Shown: piece after piece, positions 22,068 through 30,874 of the stretch
Layout: every line of letters begins with the position of its first letter
Numbering within the stretch: the first letter of the stretch is position 1
Source: Candidatus Poribacteria bacterium
Lineage (GTDB): Bacteria > Poribacteria > WGA-4E > PCPOR2b
Direction of reading: 5' to 3'
Length of the DNA: 64,000 nt
Assembly (NCBI GenBank): GCA_965116925.1
Contig: OZ220744.1
Span: forward strand, 6,144,001-6,208,000
Notes under the pieces: generated by a model
What the model saw: the letters and a program-made list of their open reading frames with translations, nothing else
Told to the model about the DNA's origin: nothing
Databases searched by the model: none
Program-made: the position numbers and the translations under genes

Positions 22068-25000
22068 CTACTTCAAAATCAGCATCTTTCGCGTGGCGGA
22101 ATAATCGCCTGCTGTCAGAGTGTAAAAATAAATTCCACTCGCCACCGATTCACCCAATTCATTTTTTCCATCCCAGTGGACTGCCTTTGATCGACTCTCG
22201 TAGGCAGATGCAATCCGATACCCAACGTCAAGCGTGCAGACGACCTGACCGCTTCCGTCATATATGATCAATGTGACAGAAGCATCCTCCGCCAACCGAT
22301 ACGGTATCCATGTCTCTGGGTTGAATGGGTTCGGGTAGTTTGCTAACAGTTCTGTCTCTATTGGCGTTAGGAATACCAAGAGTTGTTCAAGCACCATAAT
22401 CCCTCGTTTCATGATGGGATCTCTAACCTCAAGCGACCTCGCATAGGTCAGCCAACCCTGGACTTCTACCGCTGTGAATGTTTCGGGTGCTTGTGGCTGC
22501 ATTGAAGGCGCGGCTGCCGTATCTTCAAACGTACCCGCAACCAATATCAGATCCAGAATATCGACAACTCCATCTCGGTTCACATCCGCCACCTGATTGG
22601 TCCCTGTATGCCCCAATGCAGACGTAACCACAATCAAATCCAAGACATTTATACTTCCGTCGCTGTTGACATCCGCTATAATTGGCGGCGCGTCAGCGTC
22701 AGAGATTGCGTAAAAAGTGGCAGTACTATCAATCCCAGCAGCAAATACCTCGACAGTATTTGTTCCCAGATTCGGTCCCAGTGTAAGCGTGCTCTCTGCT
22801 CTACCATTTTCATCCGTCGTTGTGAGTGTGGTGTTGAGCCTGCCACCTCCTGCGGTAACGACAAACGTGACCGAAATCCCTTTAACCACTGAGCCTTTCT
22901 CATCCTGCACTTCTACGACAAATGGCTGAGACAGCGACACGAGGGATGCTCCTGTCTGGTTATCGCCCGATATTTTCAGAACGGCAGGATGCGCTCGGTT
23001 GTCAAACTCAATTGCAACTCCTCCATTCTGGAGGACCGGCATGTGCGTCTGAATGGAGAGATAGCTCAAGGGGTTGCGCCGCACATCAACTTCGTCTCCC
23101 GCTCCCAGCCCTGTGTTGGCTACCAAAGGTGAAATGTCTGTGATGTTATTACCAGCAATCTGCAGCTGTGTCAGGTTAGTTAATCCAGCGAGCGGCGAGA
23201 TGTCCGTGACATTGTTATACCAAAACACCAATTTTGTCAGATTCACCAAACCCGCGACCGGTGAGATGTCCGTGATGGTGTTGATGCCAAGATGCAGCAC
23301 TACAAGGTTGACCAAACCCGCGACCGGTGAGATGTCTGTGATGACGTTGCCCTCAAGCCATAGGTGTGTCAAGCTGGTTAAGTCCGAAAGCGGCGAGAGA
23401 TCCGATACCGAGTTGCTGTTAATCCAGTTTCCATCCACCAATCTACGGCTCAGGTTCAGATTCCTCAAATTGATTGCGTGTTCCAGTCCGGTCAAGTCAC
23501 TGATGTTGGCATTGGGGGCTTGAAGTTCGGTCAACCTCGCCATCTCCGCCGGGGCAATCGGTTGACCGTGAGCCTTACTGAGCGTGTTTTCAACAACAGC
23601 GCGGAGGTTCGGATCAGGGATCTCTACCGCAGACACCGCCTCGGCGGTAAATGTCACTGTCATCCCCGCAGCAGACACCTCAACCGTATTTACACCCAGA
23701 TGAACGCCCAACGTGAGTAGGCTTTCTGCCACCCCACCGCCATCGGTCTCGGTTCGCTCTTTATTCAGCGTGCCTCCACCGGCAGTAACAGTAAACGTGA
23801 CCGGAACCCCATTACGGACAGAACCGTCATTCAAATCCCGCACCTCAACGACAAGGGGAACAGGTAAGGGGGTGTTGGGTAAGCCGTGCTGGTTATCCCC
23901 TGAGATTTTCAACAGCGGCTGAAGTGCTTCAGACAACAACACGAAATTGATACTATCCACATTCCCATTCACATCAATGGCCTCAATACGGATCGGATGC
24001 ACAGGAAAGCTCAAAAAACTCCTTTTTATGGTCTTAGATGGTTGACGGACTAGCGGAATAATACCATCATAATCAAAATCCACGATTCTCTCATTTTTGC
24101 CCCTCAACCCACGACATGCCTTCACTGTAGCTCTGTTGTTAGGTTGTTCAGCATGTAAAAATACTTGGTGTAACTCATCTGAATCGCTAATTCTCAATCG
24201 CACAGGAACACTCTTTGACTCTGCTGGGTAGATATGCGCTGAGATGAGTTCAATGCTAGGCGGCGGTCCTGTCTCAATTGGGGTATTGACACTGAAGTAG
24301 GGATGCACCGACAAATACTCGGCATGGCATGCCGATAACTGATTCATGCCCGGACCATACGACATGATATACGCACCATCTCTGAAATCGTGCCACAATC
24401 CGAAGGCGTGTCCTAGTTCATGTCCCGCTACGCCCCAACCAAATTTCGGTGCCTTCAACGCATATCCACCATTTTTCCCCAACCTGCTTCCGACACCGCC
24501 TCGAATCTGACCATCAAACCAACCAAGCCCATTTATACTATTATCAATGACGATGAAGTAGATGTTTGCATAAATATCAAACTTCTTTTCAATCTCGGCG
24601 CGAACGCTATCGGTCGTATTTTCAAGGTAGTAGCTATCGGGATGTACTCCGTCCACACGATGCACCATTGGCTCGCCTTGGAGGTCAGTTTCGATGCGGA
24701 ACGAGACCTCCCCGTACCCATGCGTCCCCATCTGCTCTGCGTAGAAGGTCTGAATGTCGAGAATATCAGCCTTCATTTTCTGAACCACGTCGGCGTCATA
24801 CGGACGGTCGTTGGGTAAGAAGTAAATCAACCGCACCGTGCGCGGTTCACCGACATTCAAATTCGCTAGAGCACTGTGGACATAGCGACGGTCGGGGTAT
24901 TGGTCCGAATACCGTTTGTTCGATGGATTATCAGGAACACCGCAGAAATGTGTCCCATTTCCCCTAGATGGCTGAGAAGCAGCAATGATTGGATTGAGTG

Positions 25001-25106
25001 TGCCGCCGGTGAGATAGATTATTATCGTATACAGGATAAAACGAGAAAGTTGCATTTTCATCGGCTTGTTTACTTCCCTTAGTGGTTGAAAATGTATGAG
25101 AGGCAT
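22068..25106 (-). CDS. Secreted metzincin-type metalloprotease with Big_1 Ig domains, LRRs, dockerin and FlgD-Ig/T9SS-like C-terminus
   Basis: Signal-like N-terminus; HELGHAFGLWH plus IMSY Met-turn; KISGDNQ Ig repeats; LRRs; ADVNSDGSINVLDL; LLANYPNPFNPETWIPY. Confidence 0.85.
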   Translation of the reverse strand: MPLIHFQPLREVNKPMKMQLSRFILYTIIIYLTGGTLNPIIAASQPSRGNGTHFCGVPDNPSNKRYSDQYPDRRYVHSALANLNVGEPRTVRLIYFLPNDRPYDADVVQKMKADILDIQTFYAEQMGTHGYGEVSFRIETDLQGEPMVHRVDGVHPDSYYLENTTDSVRAEIEKKFDIYANIYFIVIDNSINGLGWFDGQIRGGVGSRLGKNGGYALKAPKFGWGVAGHELGHAFGLWHDFRDGAYIMSYGPGMNQLSACHAEYLSVHPYFSVNTPIETGPPPSIELISAHIYPAESKSVPVRLRISDSDELHQVFLHAEQPNNRATVKACRGLRGKNERIVDFDYDGIIPLVRQPSKTIKRSFLSFPVHPIRIEAIDVNGNVDSINFVLLSEALQPLLKISGDNQHGLPNTPLPVPLVVEVRDLNDGSVRNGVPVTFTVTAGGGTLNKERTETDGGGVAESLLTLGVHLGVNTVEVSAAGMTVTFTAEAVSAVEIPDPNLRAVVENTLSKAHGQPIAPAEMARLTELQAPNANISDLTGLEHAINLRNLNLSRRLVDGNWINSNSVSDLSPLSDLTSLTHLWLEGNVITDISPVAGLVNLVVLHLGINTITDISPVAGLVNLTKLVFWYNNVTDISPLAGLTNLTQLQIAGNNITDISPLVANTGLGAGDEVDVRRNPLSYLSIQTHMPVLQNGGVAIEFDNRAHPAVLKISGDNQTGASLVSLSQPFVVEVQDEKGSVVKGISVTFVVTAGGGRLNTTLTTTDENGRAESTLTLGPNLGTNTVEVFAAGIDSTATFYAISDADAPPIIADVNSDGSINVLDLIVVTSALGHTGTNQVADVNRDGVVDILDLILVAGTFEDTAAAPSMQPQAPETFTAVEVQGWLTYARSLEVRDPIMKRGIMVLEQLLVFLTPIETELLANYPNPFNPETWIPYRLAEDASVTLIIYDGSGQVVCTLDVGYRIASAYESRSKAVHWDGKNELGESVASGIYFYTLTAGDYSATRKMLILK

Positions 25107-25432
25107 ATATGTCTTGATTTTTAGACTACCTCTTTATCGGCGGGCACCCACAAGGGATGCCTCTACAGTAGAATGTACTGCCCCGTATCAGAAGGGAGAG
25201 GTAGAGATGCTTCGCAACAAAACCCCGCACCGATTAAAATGCCACAAAATCGGTTAAAAATCAACGCTTTTTATTTTTAACACATCTCAATAAGGAATTG
25301 GTATAATATCGGTAAGATCTAACGAGCGTTAGACCTTACTTAAAAAGAGATCGGAATTTTGACAAATTGAAATGGGTGTGCTATGCTCTTGACCTAATAA
25401 TAGCACCCCTATTCCAGCATGGAGATTCATCT

Positions 25433-26323
25433 ATGACAACAGATTCGGCTGTAACAGTTGAAGATATCGAAGTATTTGCGGACGACTTAAACCCCCAGGC
25501 GGCTGCAGAAATATTTAAGAAACATGGTGCACTTGTCGTCCGTGGGCTGATGAAACCGTACATCGATGAGATCTACCGAGACATTGAGGCGGCTGCCGCT
25601 GAGTCGATCGCAGCACTTGATTCAGCAGAAAAAATTGTGGAGGGTTGGCGAACGCCAAACGGGACCCTGTTTCTGCCCGCACCACCCGGCTACTCTCGTG
25701 ATCAACAGATTATGGTCTTGGCAATCAACTATCATACCAGTGCTGCGTTTTTCCACTCCGCACTCGATGAACGGGCGTTGGACATTGTTGAGGCGATTCT
25801 AGGACAGGCTTTCGAGGTTTACGGCAACGGGCAGTGCCTTTATAAAGAGCCGGTCGGCGGGCATCCGAAACATCTACATCAGGATTCCGCCTACTTTGAA
25901 CACCGCTACGAAGGTCCCGTGGGAATTCTGAACTATGTGGTGGATACAGATCTGGTAAATGGGGCGCTGCACGTTGTCCCCGGCTCGCACCGACTCGGTC
26001 AACTCAAGCATATTGATACCTTTTCGCACCTCGGTTTAGATGATGGTGAATGGCCCTGGGAACGAGCACTGCCGATCATCGGTGAAGCGGGAGACTCCAT
26101 CTTTTTCCACGTCAAGATGATTCACGGCTCCAAGCAGAACCACTCAAACAAGCCGCGTCCGGTGTTCATTAACCGTTACCGGCGGGTAGACGATTACGTT
26201 GTTATTGGTGGGACCACCACTACAAACCGTGCAGAATCAGAGAAACGCGCTGCCGAAGCGAAAAGAACGAATGAAGACCGTGGGCTGATGGTTCGCGGCT
26301 TCCGTCCCTACACCGAAGGGTAA
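25433..26323 (+). CDS. PhyH family dioxygenase
   Basis: KHLHQDSAYF, GALHVVPGSH, IHGSKQN..PR. Confidence 0.9.
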   Translation: MTTDSAVTVEDIEVFADDLNPQAAAEIFKKHGALVVRGLMKPYIDEIYRDIEAAAAESIAALDSAEKIVEGWRTPNGTLFLPAPPGYSRDQQIMVLAINYHTSAAFFHSALDERALDIVEAILGQAFEVYGNGQCLYKEPVGGHPKHLHQDSAYFEHRYEGPVGILNYVVDTDLVNGALHVVPGSHRLGQLKHIDTFSHLGLDDGEWPWERALPIIGEAGDSIFFHVKMIHGSKQNHSNKPRPVFINRYRRVDDYVVIGGTTTTNRAESEKRAAEAKRTNEDRGLMVRGFRPYTEG

Positions 26324-26345
26324 AAAGGGGCTCCATCAGTGGAAA

Positions 26346-27194
26346 ATGAATCCAATCGATTTCGTACACAACAAAACCGCCCCTATCGTCGAGAGTCTTG
26401 CGAGACTGGAAGGCGTGCAGGCAATTTTGTGCTTCGGTTCGTATGCGATGGGCACATTCGATGAATACTCAGATCTGGATCTTTTCGTATTCTGCAAGTC
26501 TGATATTGTTTCAGCGTCGAAGAGGCGACGAGTCTTGGAAAGCGTCCAAGGTGTAACCCACTTTGAGGAGAGCGGCACCGCCGCGGGGTGGGACTCCCAG
26601 TGGTCTCCCCAAGTCGATCATTTCCGTGTGAACGAGGATCGGTTTGAGATTTCGTACAACACGATGGACTGGATTAGCACCGTTGTCAGGCTGGTCACAC
26701 AGGAGGGTGCGACCTCTATTCCTGAACAAAAATTTCGTCCTTATACAATGCTTGGGCTTTTGGAGAACGGAATCATTCTACACGATCCCTGTTCACTCTT
26801 GAGGCATCTGATTGATTGCCTCTATCCTTATCCGGCTCAACTCAAGAGGAGATTGATTTCAGATAGTCTACACGCGCTGAAAGATTGCCTCGCGGAACTT
26901 AAAGACGGAGTCAACAGAGGATTTGGTCTCACATTTTTCCATTTCTTTTTTTATAGAATGTGTGATGCACTTTACACCCTGCTGTTTGCCCTTAATGAAA
27001 AATATGATCCAGCGGTCAAACGACCAGAAATTGAATATGAAAAGTTAAATATATTGCCTCCCAATTTTCTTAAGAGATACACTAGACTTCTTGAGGGTCC
27101 CTACGATACGGATGGGAGACGACAGATAGTGCAGGAATTGGAAACCCTCGTCGCCGAGATTGAGATGCTGATTACCAAATCAACTGATTTATAG
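26346..27194 (+). CDS. Nucleotidyltransferase domain protein (DUF4037-like C-terminus)
   Basis: FGSYAMGTFDEYSDLDLFV pol-beta motif; ILHDP, YPAQLK, LFALNEKY. Confidence 0.8.
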   Translation: MNPIDFVHNKTAPIVESLARLEGVQAILCFGSYAMGTFDEYSDLDLFVFCKSDIVSASKRRRVLESVQGVTHFEESGTAAGWDSQWSPQVDHFRVNEDRFEISYNTMDWISTVVRLVTQEGATSIPEQKFRPYTMLGLLENGIILHDPCSLLRHLIDCLYPYPAQLKRRLISDSLHALKDCLAELKDGVNRGFGLTFFHFFFYRMCDALYTLLFALNEKYDPAVKRPEIEYEKLNILPPNFLKRYTRLLEGPYDTDGRRQIVQELETLVAEIEMLITKSTDL

Positions 27195-27295
27195 TGAATT
27201 TAAAAAATAAACAGACACTTTCGCTCCTCATCTGGTAGGCGCTGTTTCCAACTGCGCCGATTTGCAGTGTCTCATTAATTCTAAAATCTACTATA
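27190..27295. mobile_element. MITE family B; overlaps the stop codon of the upstream gene
   Basis: tatagtgaatt...ctaaaatctactata termini. Confidence 0.7.
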
Positions 27296-27311
27296 GATGG
27301 AGGAAAGAACT

Positions 27312-28118
27312 ATGGGGTTGACTGAAGAGGAACGTTTCCGCTTCGATTTAACCGGTTTTCTAATACGCCCGGCTATTCTTACGCCGGAAGAGATTGCTGG
27401 GATTAGGGATCAGATATACCATATCCACCACGATCCAGAATCGTTATCTCCAGAACATCGCGCTGTGCCCAGCGGTCCGTCGGAGATACTGATTGATCAC
27501 CCGAAGGTCATTGACGTACTACACGAAATTATCGGTCCCGATATTCGGCTTGAGAATAGCTACTGTGTCTGGCGTCGGAAGGGGCAGGCACACGGAGACC
27601 TTCACGGTGGTGGCCCCCAACAGGCAGACCCTATCTTCGGCTACCGGGTCCGGAATGGACGGATTCATGCAGGGATGGTGCGCGTTGTTTTTGAACTGAC
27701 CGATATCGGTAAGGAGGATGGCGGGACACATTTCATTGTCGGCAGCCACAAGGCGAATTTTCCGATGCACCCGGATCACCTGTCGTTGGAGCCGGGCAAG
27801 CGAAGCCCGTTCTTGATGAGTTACGACTGCCCCGCCGGTAGTGCGGTCTTTTTCACAGAAAACCTCTGTCATGCTGGACCTATATGGCAGCGGGAAGAGC
27901 CGCGCGTAACGGTGCTCAATGCCTATGCCCATCTTGCCACCCATTGGCATCGACTTACAATTCCACCTGAAGTCATAGCCGGCCTATCACGAGAAAAGCA
28001 GGCATATTTCCGTGAGCCGTGGGTTGCTGATTTTCGTACCCGTCCCGCGACCCACAACACAATGGAACGTTTTATCGGCAATGATGAACCGTCGGTGAAT
28101 ACAGATCACCGGCCCTGA
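27312..28118 (+). CDS. PhyH-like Fe(II)/2OG enzyme, paralogue 1 (LHGG variant)
   Basis: EERFRFDLTGFL, LHGG, GGTHFIVGSHKAN, FFTENLCHAG. Confidence 0.85.
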   Translation: MGLTEEERFRFDLTGFLIRPAILTPEEIAGIRDQIYHIHHDPESLSPEHRAVPSGPSEILIDHPKVIDVLHEIIGPDIRLENSYCVWRRKGQAHGDLHGGGPQQADPIFGYRVRNGRIHAGMVRVVFELTDIGKEDGGTHFIVGSHKANFPMHPDHLSLEPGKRSPFLMSYDCPAGSAVFFTENLCHAGPIWQREEPRVTVLNAYAHLATHWHRLTIPPEVIAGLSREKQAYFREPWVADFRTRPATHNTMERFIGNDEPSVNTDHRP

Positions 28119-28140
28119 ATCCCAGACGGAGGATAGCGTT

Positions 28141-28947
28141 ATGGCAATGACCGAAGAGGAACGTTTCCGGTTTGACTTAGCCGGTTTTCTGGTCCGTCCG
28201 GCGATTTTGACGCCTGATGAAGTTGCTGCAATCGTTGACCAAGCCGACCGGATTCGACACAACCCTGAGTCCCTGCCGCCGGAGCATCGGAGAGTTCCGG
28301 GAGGTGCCGCAAGTGTGCTGATTGATCACCCGAAAGTTATCGAAGTGTTGCACGAGATCATCGGTCCCGATGTCAGACTTGAGGCTTGTGGATTGACTTG
28401 GCGATTGAAGGGGGAGTCGCACGGCGAACTGCACGGCGGTGCACGGGGACAGGCGGATCCCATCTTCGGCTACCGCGTTCAGAATGATCGTATTCATGCA
28501 GGGATGGTACGAGTTGTTTTTGAACTGACTGATGTGAAAAAGGAGGACGGTGCGACCTGTTTCATCGTTGGCAGTCATAAGCGAAACTTCCCGATGCACC
28601 CAGATCATATGTCGTGGGAGGATGGGAAAGAGAGCGAGTTTTTAATGCGTTATGAATGTCCGGCTGGCAGTGCCATCTTTTTTACGGAAAATCTCTGTCA
28701 TGCGGGACCCGTCTGGAAGCGAGATACACCGCGTATTGCGATTCTTCACGCTTACTCGCATCTTGCCACCCATTGGCATCGGTTGACGATTCCACCGGAG
28801 GTCATGGCAGGCTTGCCGCGTGAAAAGCAAGCCTATTTCCGTGAGCCGTGGATTGCCGATTTCCGAACGTCTCCCGCAACTATTAATACAATGGAACGCT
28901 TTATAAACAACGATGAGCCATCGGTGAATACCGATCGCCGTCCCTGA
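28141..28947 (+). CDS. PhyH-like Fe(II)/2OG enzyme, paralogue 2 (LHGG variant)
   Basis: Same motifs; highly similar to 28978-29784. Confidence 0.85.
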   Translation: MAMTEEERFRFDLAGFLVRPAILTPDEVAAIVDQADRIRHNPESLPPEHRRVPGGAASVLIDHPKVIEVLHEIIGPDVRLEACGLTWRLKGESHGELHGGARGQADPIFGYRVQNDRIHAGMVRVVFELTDVKKEDGATCFIVGSHKRNFPMHPDHMSWEDGKESEFLMRYECPAGSAIFFTENLCHAGPVWKRDTPRIAILHAYSHLATHWHRLTIPPEVMAGLPREKQAYFREPWIADFRTSPATINTMERFINNDEPSVNTDRRP

Positions 28948-28977
28948 ACCTGAAAACACGGATATGGAGGAAGCGAT

Positions 28978-29784
28978 ATGGCGATGACCGAAGAGGAACG
29001 TTTCCGGTTTGATTTAACCGGTTTTTTAGTCCGTCCCGCAATTTTGACGCCCGATGAAGTCGCTGCAATCGTTGACCAAGCCGATCGGATTCGGCACAAT
29101 CCTGAGTCCCTGCCGCCGGAGCATCGAGCCATTCCGGGCGGTGCTGCGAGTCTGCTGATTGATCACCCAAAGGTTATTGAGGTGTTGCACGAGATTATAG
29201 GTCCCGATGTCCGGCTGGAGGCTTGTGGATTGACTTGGCGGTTGAAGGGGGAGTCGCACGGCGAACTGCACGGCGGTGGACCGGGACAGGCTGACCCGAT
29301 CTTCGGCTATCGTGTCCAGAACGGTCGAATTCACGCGGGGATGGTACGGGTTGTTTTTGAACTGACCGATGTGAAGAAGGAGAACGGTGCGACCTGTTTC
29401 ATCGTCGGCAGCCACAAGGCAAACTTCCCAATGCATCCAGATCATATGTCGTGGGAGGACGGGAAAGAGAGCGAGTTTTTGGTGCGCTACGAATGTCCGG
29501 CTGGCAGTGCTATCTTTTTCACAGAAAACCTCTGTCATGCAGGACCGGTCTGGAAACGGGATACGCCACGTATTGCGATTCTCCACGCGTACGCACATCT
29601 TGCAACCCATTGGCATCGGCTGAAGATTCCTCCTGAAGTGATGGCAGGCTTGCCGCGCGAAAAGCAAGTATATTTCCGTGAGCCATGGGTTGCTGATTTC
29701 CGAACTTCTCCCGCAACTATCAACACAATTGAACGTTTTATGGATAACGATGAACCGCCGGTAAATACAGATCATCAACCCTGA
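28978..29784 (+). CDS. PhyH-like Fe(II)/2OG enzyme, paralogue 3 (LHGG variant)
   Basis: Same motifs; GGAGG RBS. Confidence 0.85.
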   Translation: MAMTEEERFRFDLTGFLVRPAILTPDEVAAIVDQADRIRHNPESLPPEHRAIPGGAASLLIDHPKVIEVLHEIIGPDVRLEACGLTWRLKGESHGELHGGGPGQADPIFGYRVQNGRIHAGMVRVVFELTDVKKENGATCFIVGSHKANFPMHPDHMSWEDGKESEFLVRYECPAGSAIFFTENLCHAGPVWKRDTPRIAILHAYAHLATHWHRLKIPPEVMAGLPREKQVYFREPWVADFRTSPATINTIERFMDNDEPPVNTDHQP

Positions 29785-29797
29785 AGCAAAAGGACAT

Positions 29798-29901
29798 TAG
29801 TGAATTCAAAAAATAAATACACACTTTCGTTCCCCATGTTTGGTAGGCGCTGTTTCCAACTGCGCCGATTTGGAGCGTCTCATTAATTCTAAAATCTACT
29901 A
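29798..29901. mobile_element. MITE family B
   Basis: Near-identical to the 7568 and 27190 copies. Confidence 0.7.
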
Positions 29902-29932
29902 ATGATGCGTGAAACGTGACAAAGGAGAGATG

Positions 29933-30670
29933 ATGCTTACAGATGCAGAAAAAGCCCACCTCGATGAACACGGCTTTGTACTTCTGGAAAACGCTATTAC
30001 CACCGATCACGCGGACGCGCTACGCGAGCGATCGATAGCTCTTGCTGAGCAGGAGCGAGAGGTATTAAAAGAGCATGTGTATCTGGATGACAAGGGACAA
30101 CGGGTATGGAATCTAGTGGACAAAGACGAGTTGTTTGAAAACGCAATTCAGTATCCTCCCGTACTCAGCGCGATAGAGTATCTACTCGGTGAGGATTGTA
30201 CGCTCAGCTCATTCACTGTGAATATTATCGGACCCGGTGCGCCGGAGGGCGGGCTTCATATTGATCACCCTTTAAGTGCGATGCCAACGCCCCGTCCAAG
30301 TTTTGCCCTTTCTGCCAATAGTGTCTGGTTTCTCGATGATTTTACGCTTGAGAACGGCGCGACCCGTTGTGTCCCCGGCAGTCACCGCCGACTGGAATCG
30401 CGTCCCGAACCGGGCGTTATTTATGACGACGAACTACAGATTACCGGCCCGAAAGGTTCTGTGATGATTATCAACGGATCCCTATGGCACGCCTCATCCG
30501 CGAACCACACCGATCGCGCTCGCGTCTGCTTGCTCGGTTTCTTCTGTCGTGCTTTTATGAAGCCGCAACAGGATCAGCAGAAAATTGTTTCCGAGGAGGT
30601 GGTCGCCCGTGCGACACCGACGCTGAAGCGACTGCTCGGCTATGATTCCCTGCCGAATACCAATGCGTAA
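29933..30670 (+). CDS. PhyH family dioxygenase
   Basis: LDEHGFV, GLHIDHP (HxD), NGATRCVPGSH, LWHASSAN. Confidence 0.9.
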   Translation: MLTDAEKAHLDEHGFVLLENAITTDHADALRERSIALAEQEREVLKEHVYLDDKGQRVWNLVDKDELFENAIQYPPVLSAIEYLLGEDCTLSSFTVNIIGPGAPEGGLHIDHPLSAMPTPRPSFALSANSVWFLDDFTLENGATRCVPGSHRRLESRPEPGVIYDDELQITGPKGSVMIINGSLWHASSANHTDRARVCLLGFFCRAFMKPQQDQQKIVSEEVVARATPTLKRLLGYDSLPNTNA

Positions 30671-30742
30671 ACCCAATGGAATAGATTTTGATATGAATAT
30701 CAAAAATGGAGACATCATAAAATCCAAAAATACAATTCCACT

Positions 30743-30845
30743 TATAGTGAATTCAAAAAATAAAGAAACACTGGCACCCCCCCGGTAGGTGCGGTTTGTA
30801 ACCGCACCGGTTTGGCGTGTCCCATTAATTCTAAAATCTACTATA
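30743..30845. mobile_element. MITE family B with a different hairpin cargo
   Basis: Same ends; cargo ccggtaggtgcggtttgtaaccgcaccgg. Confidence 0.7.
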
Positions 30846-30874
30846 AAAAGTGAAAAAACGCGTTAAGAGGTAAA

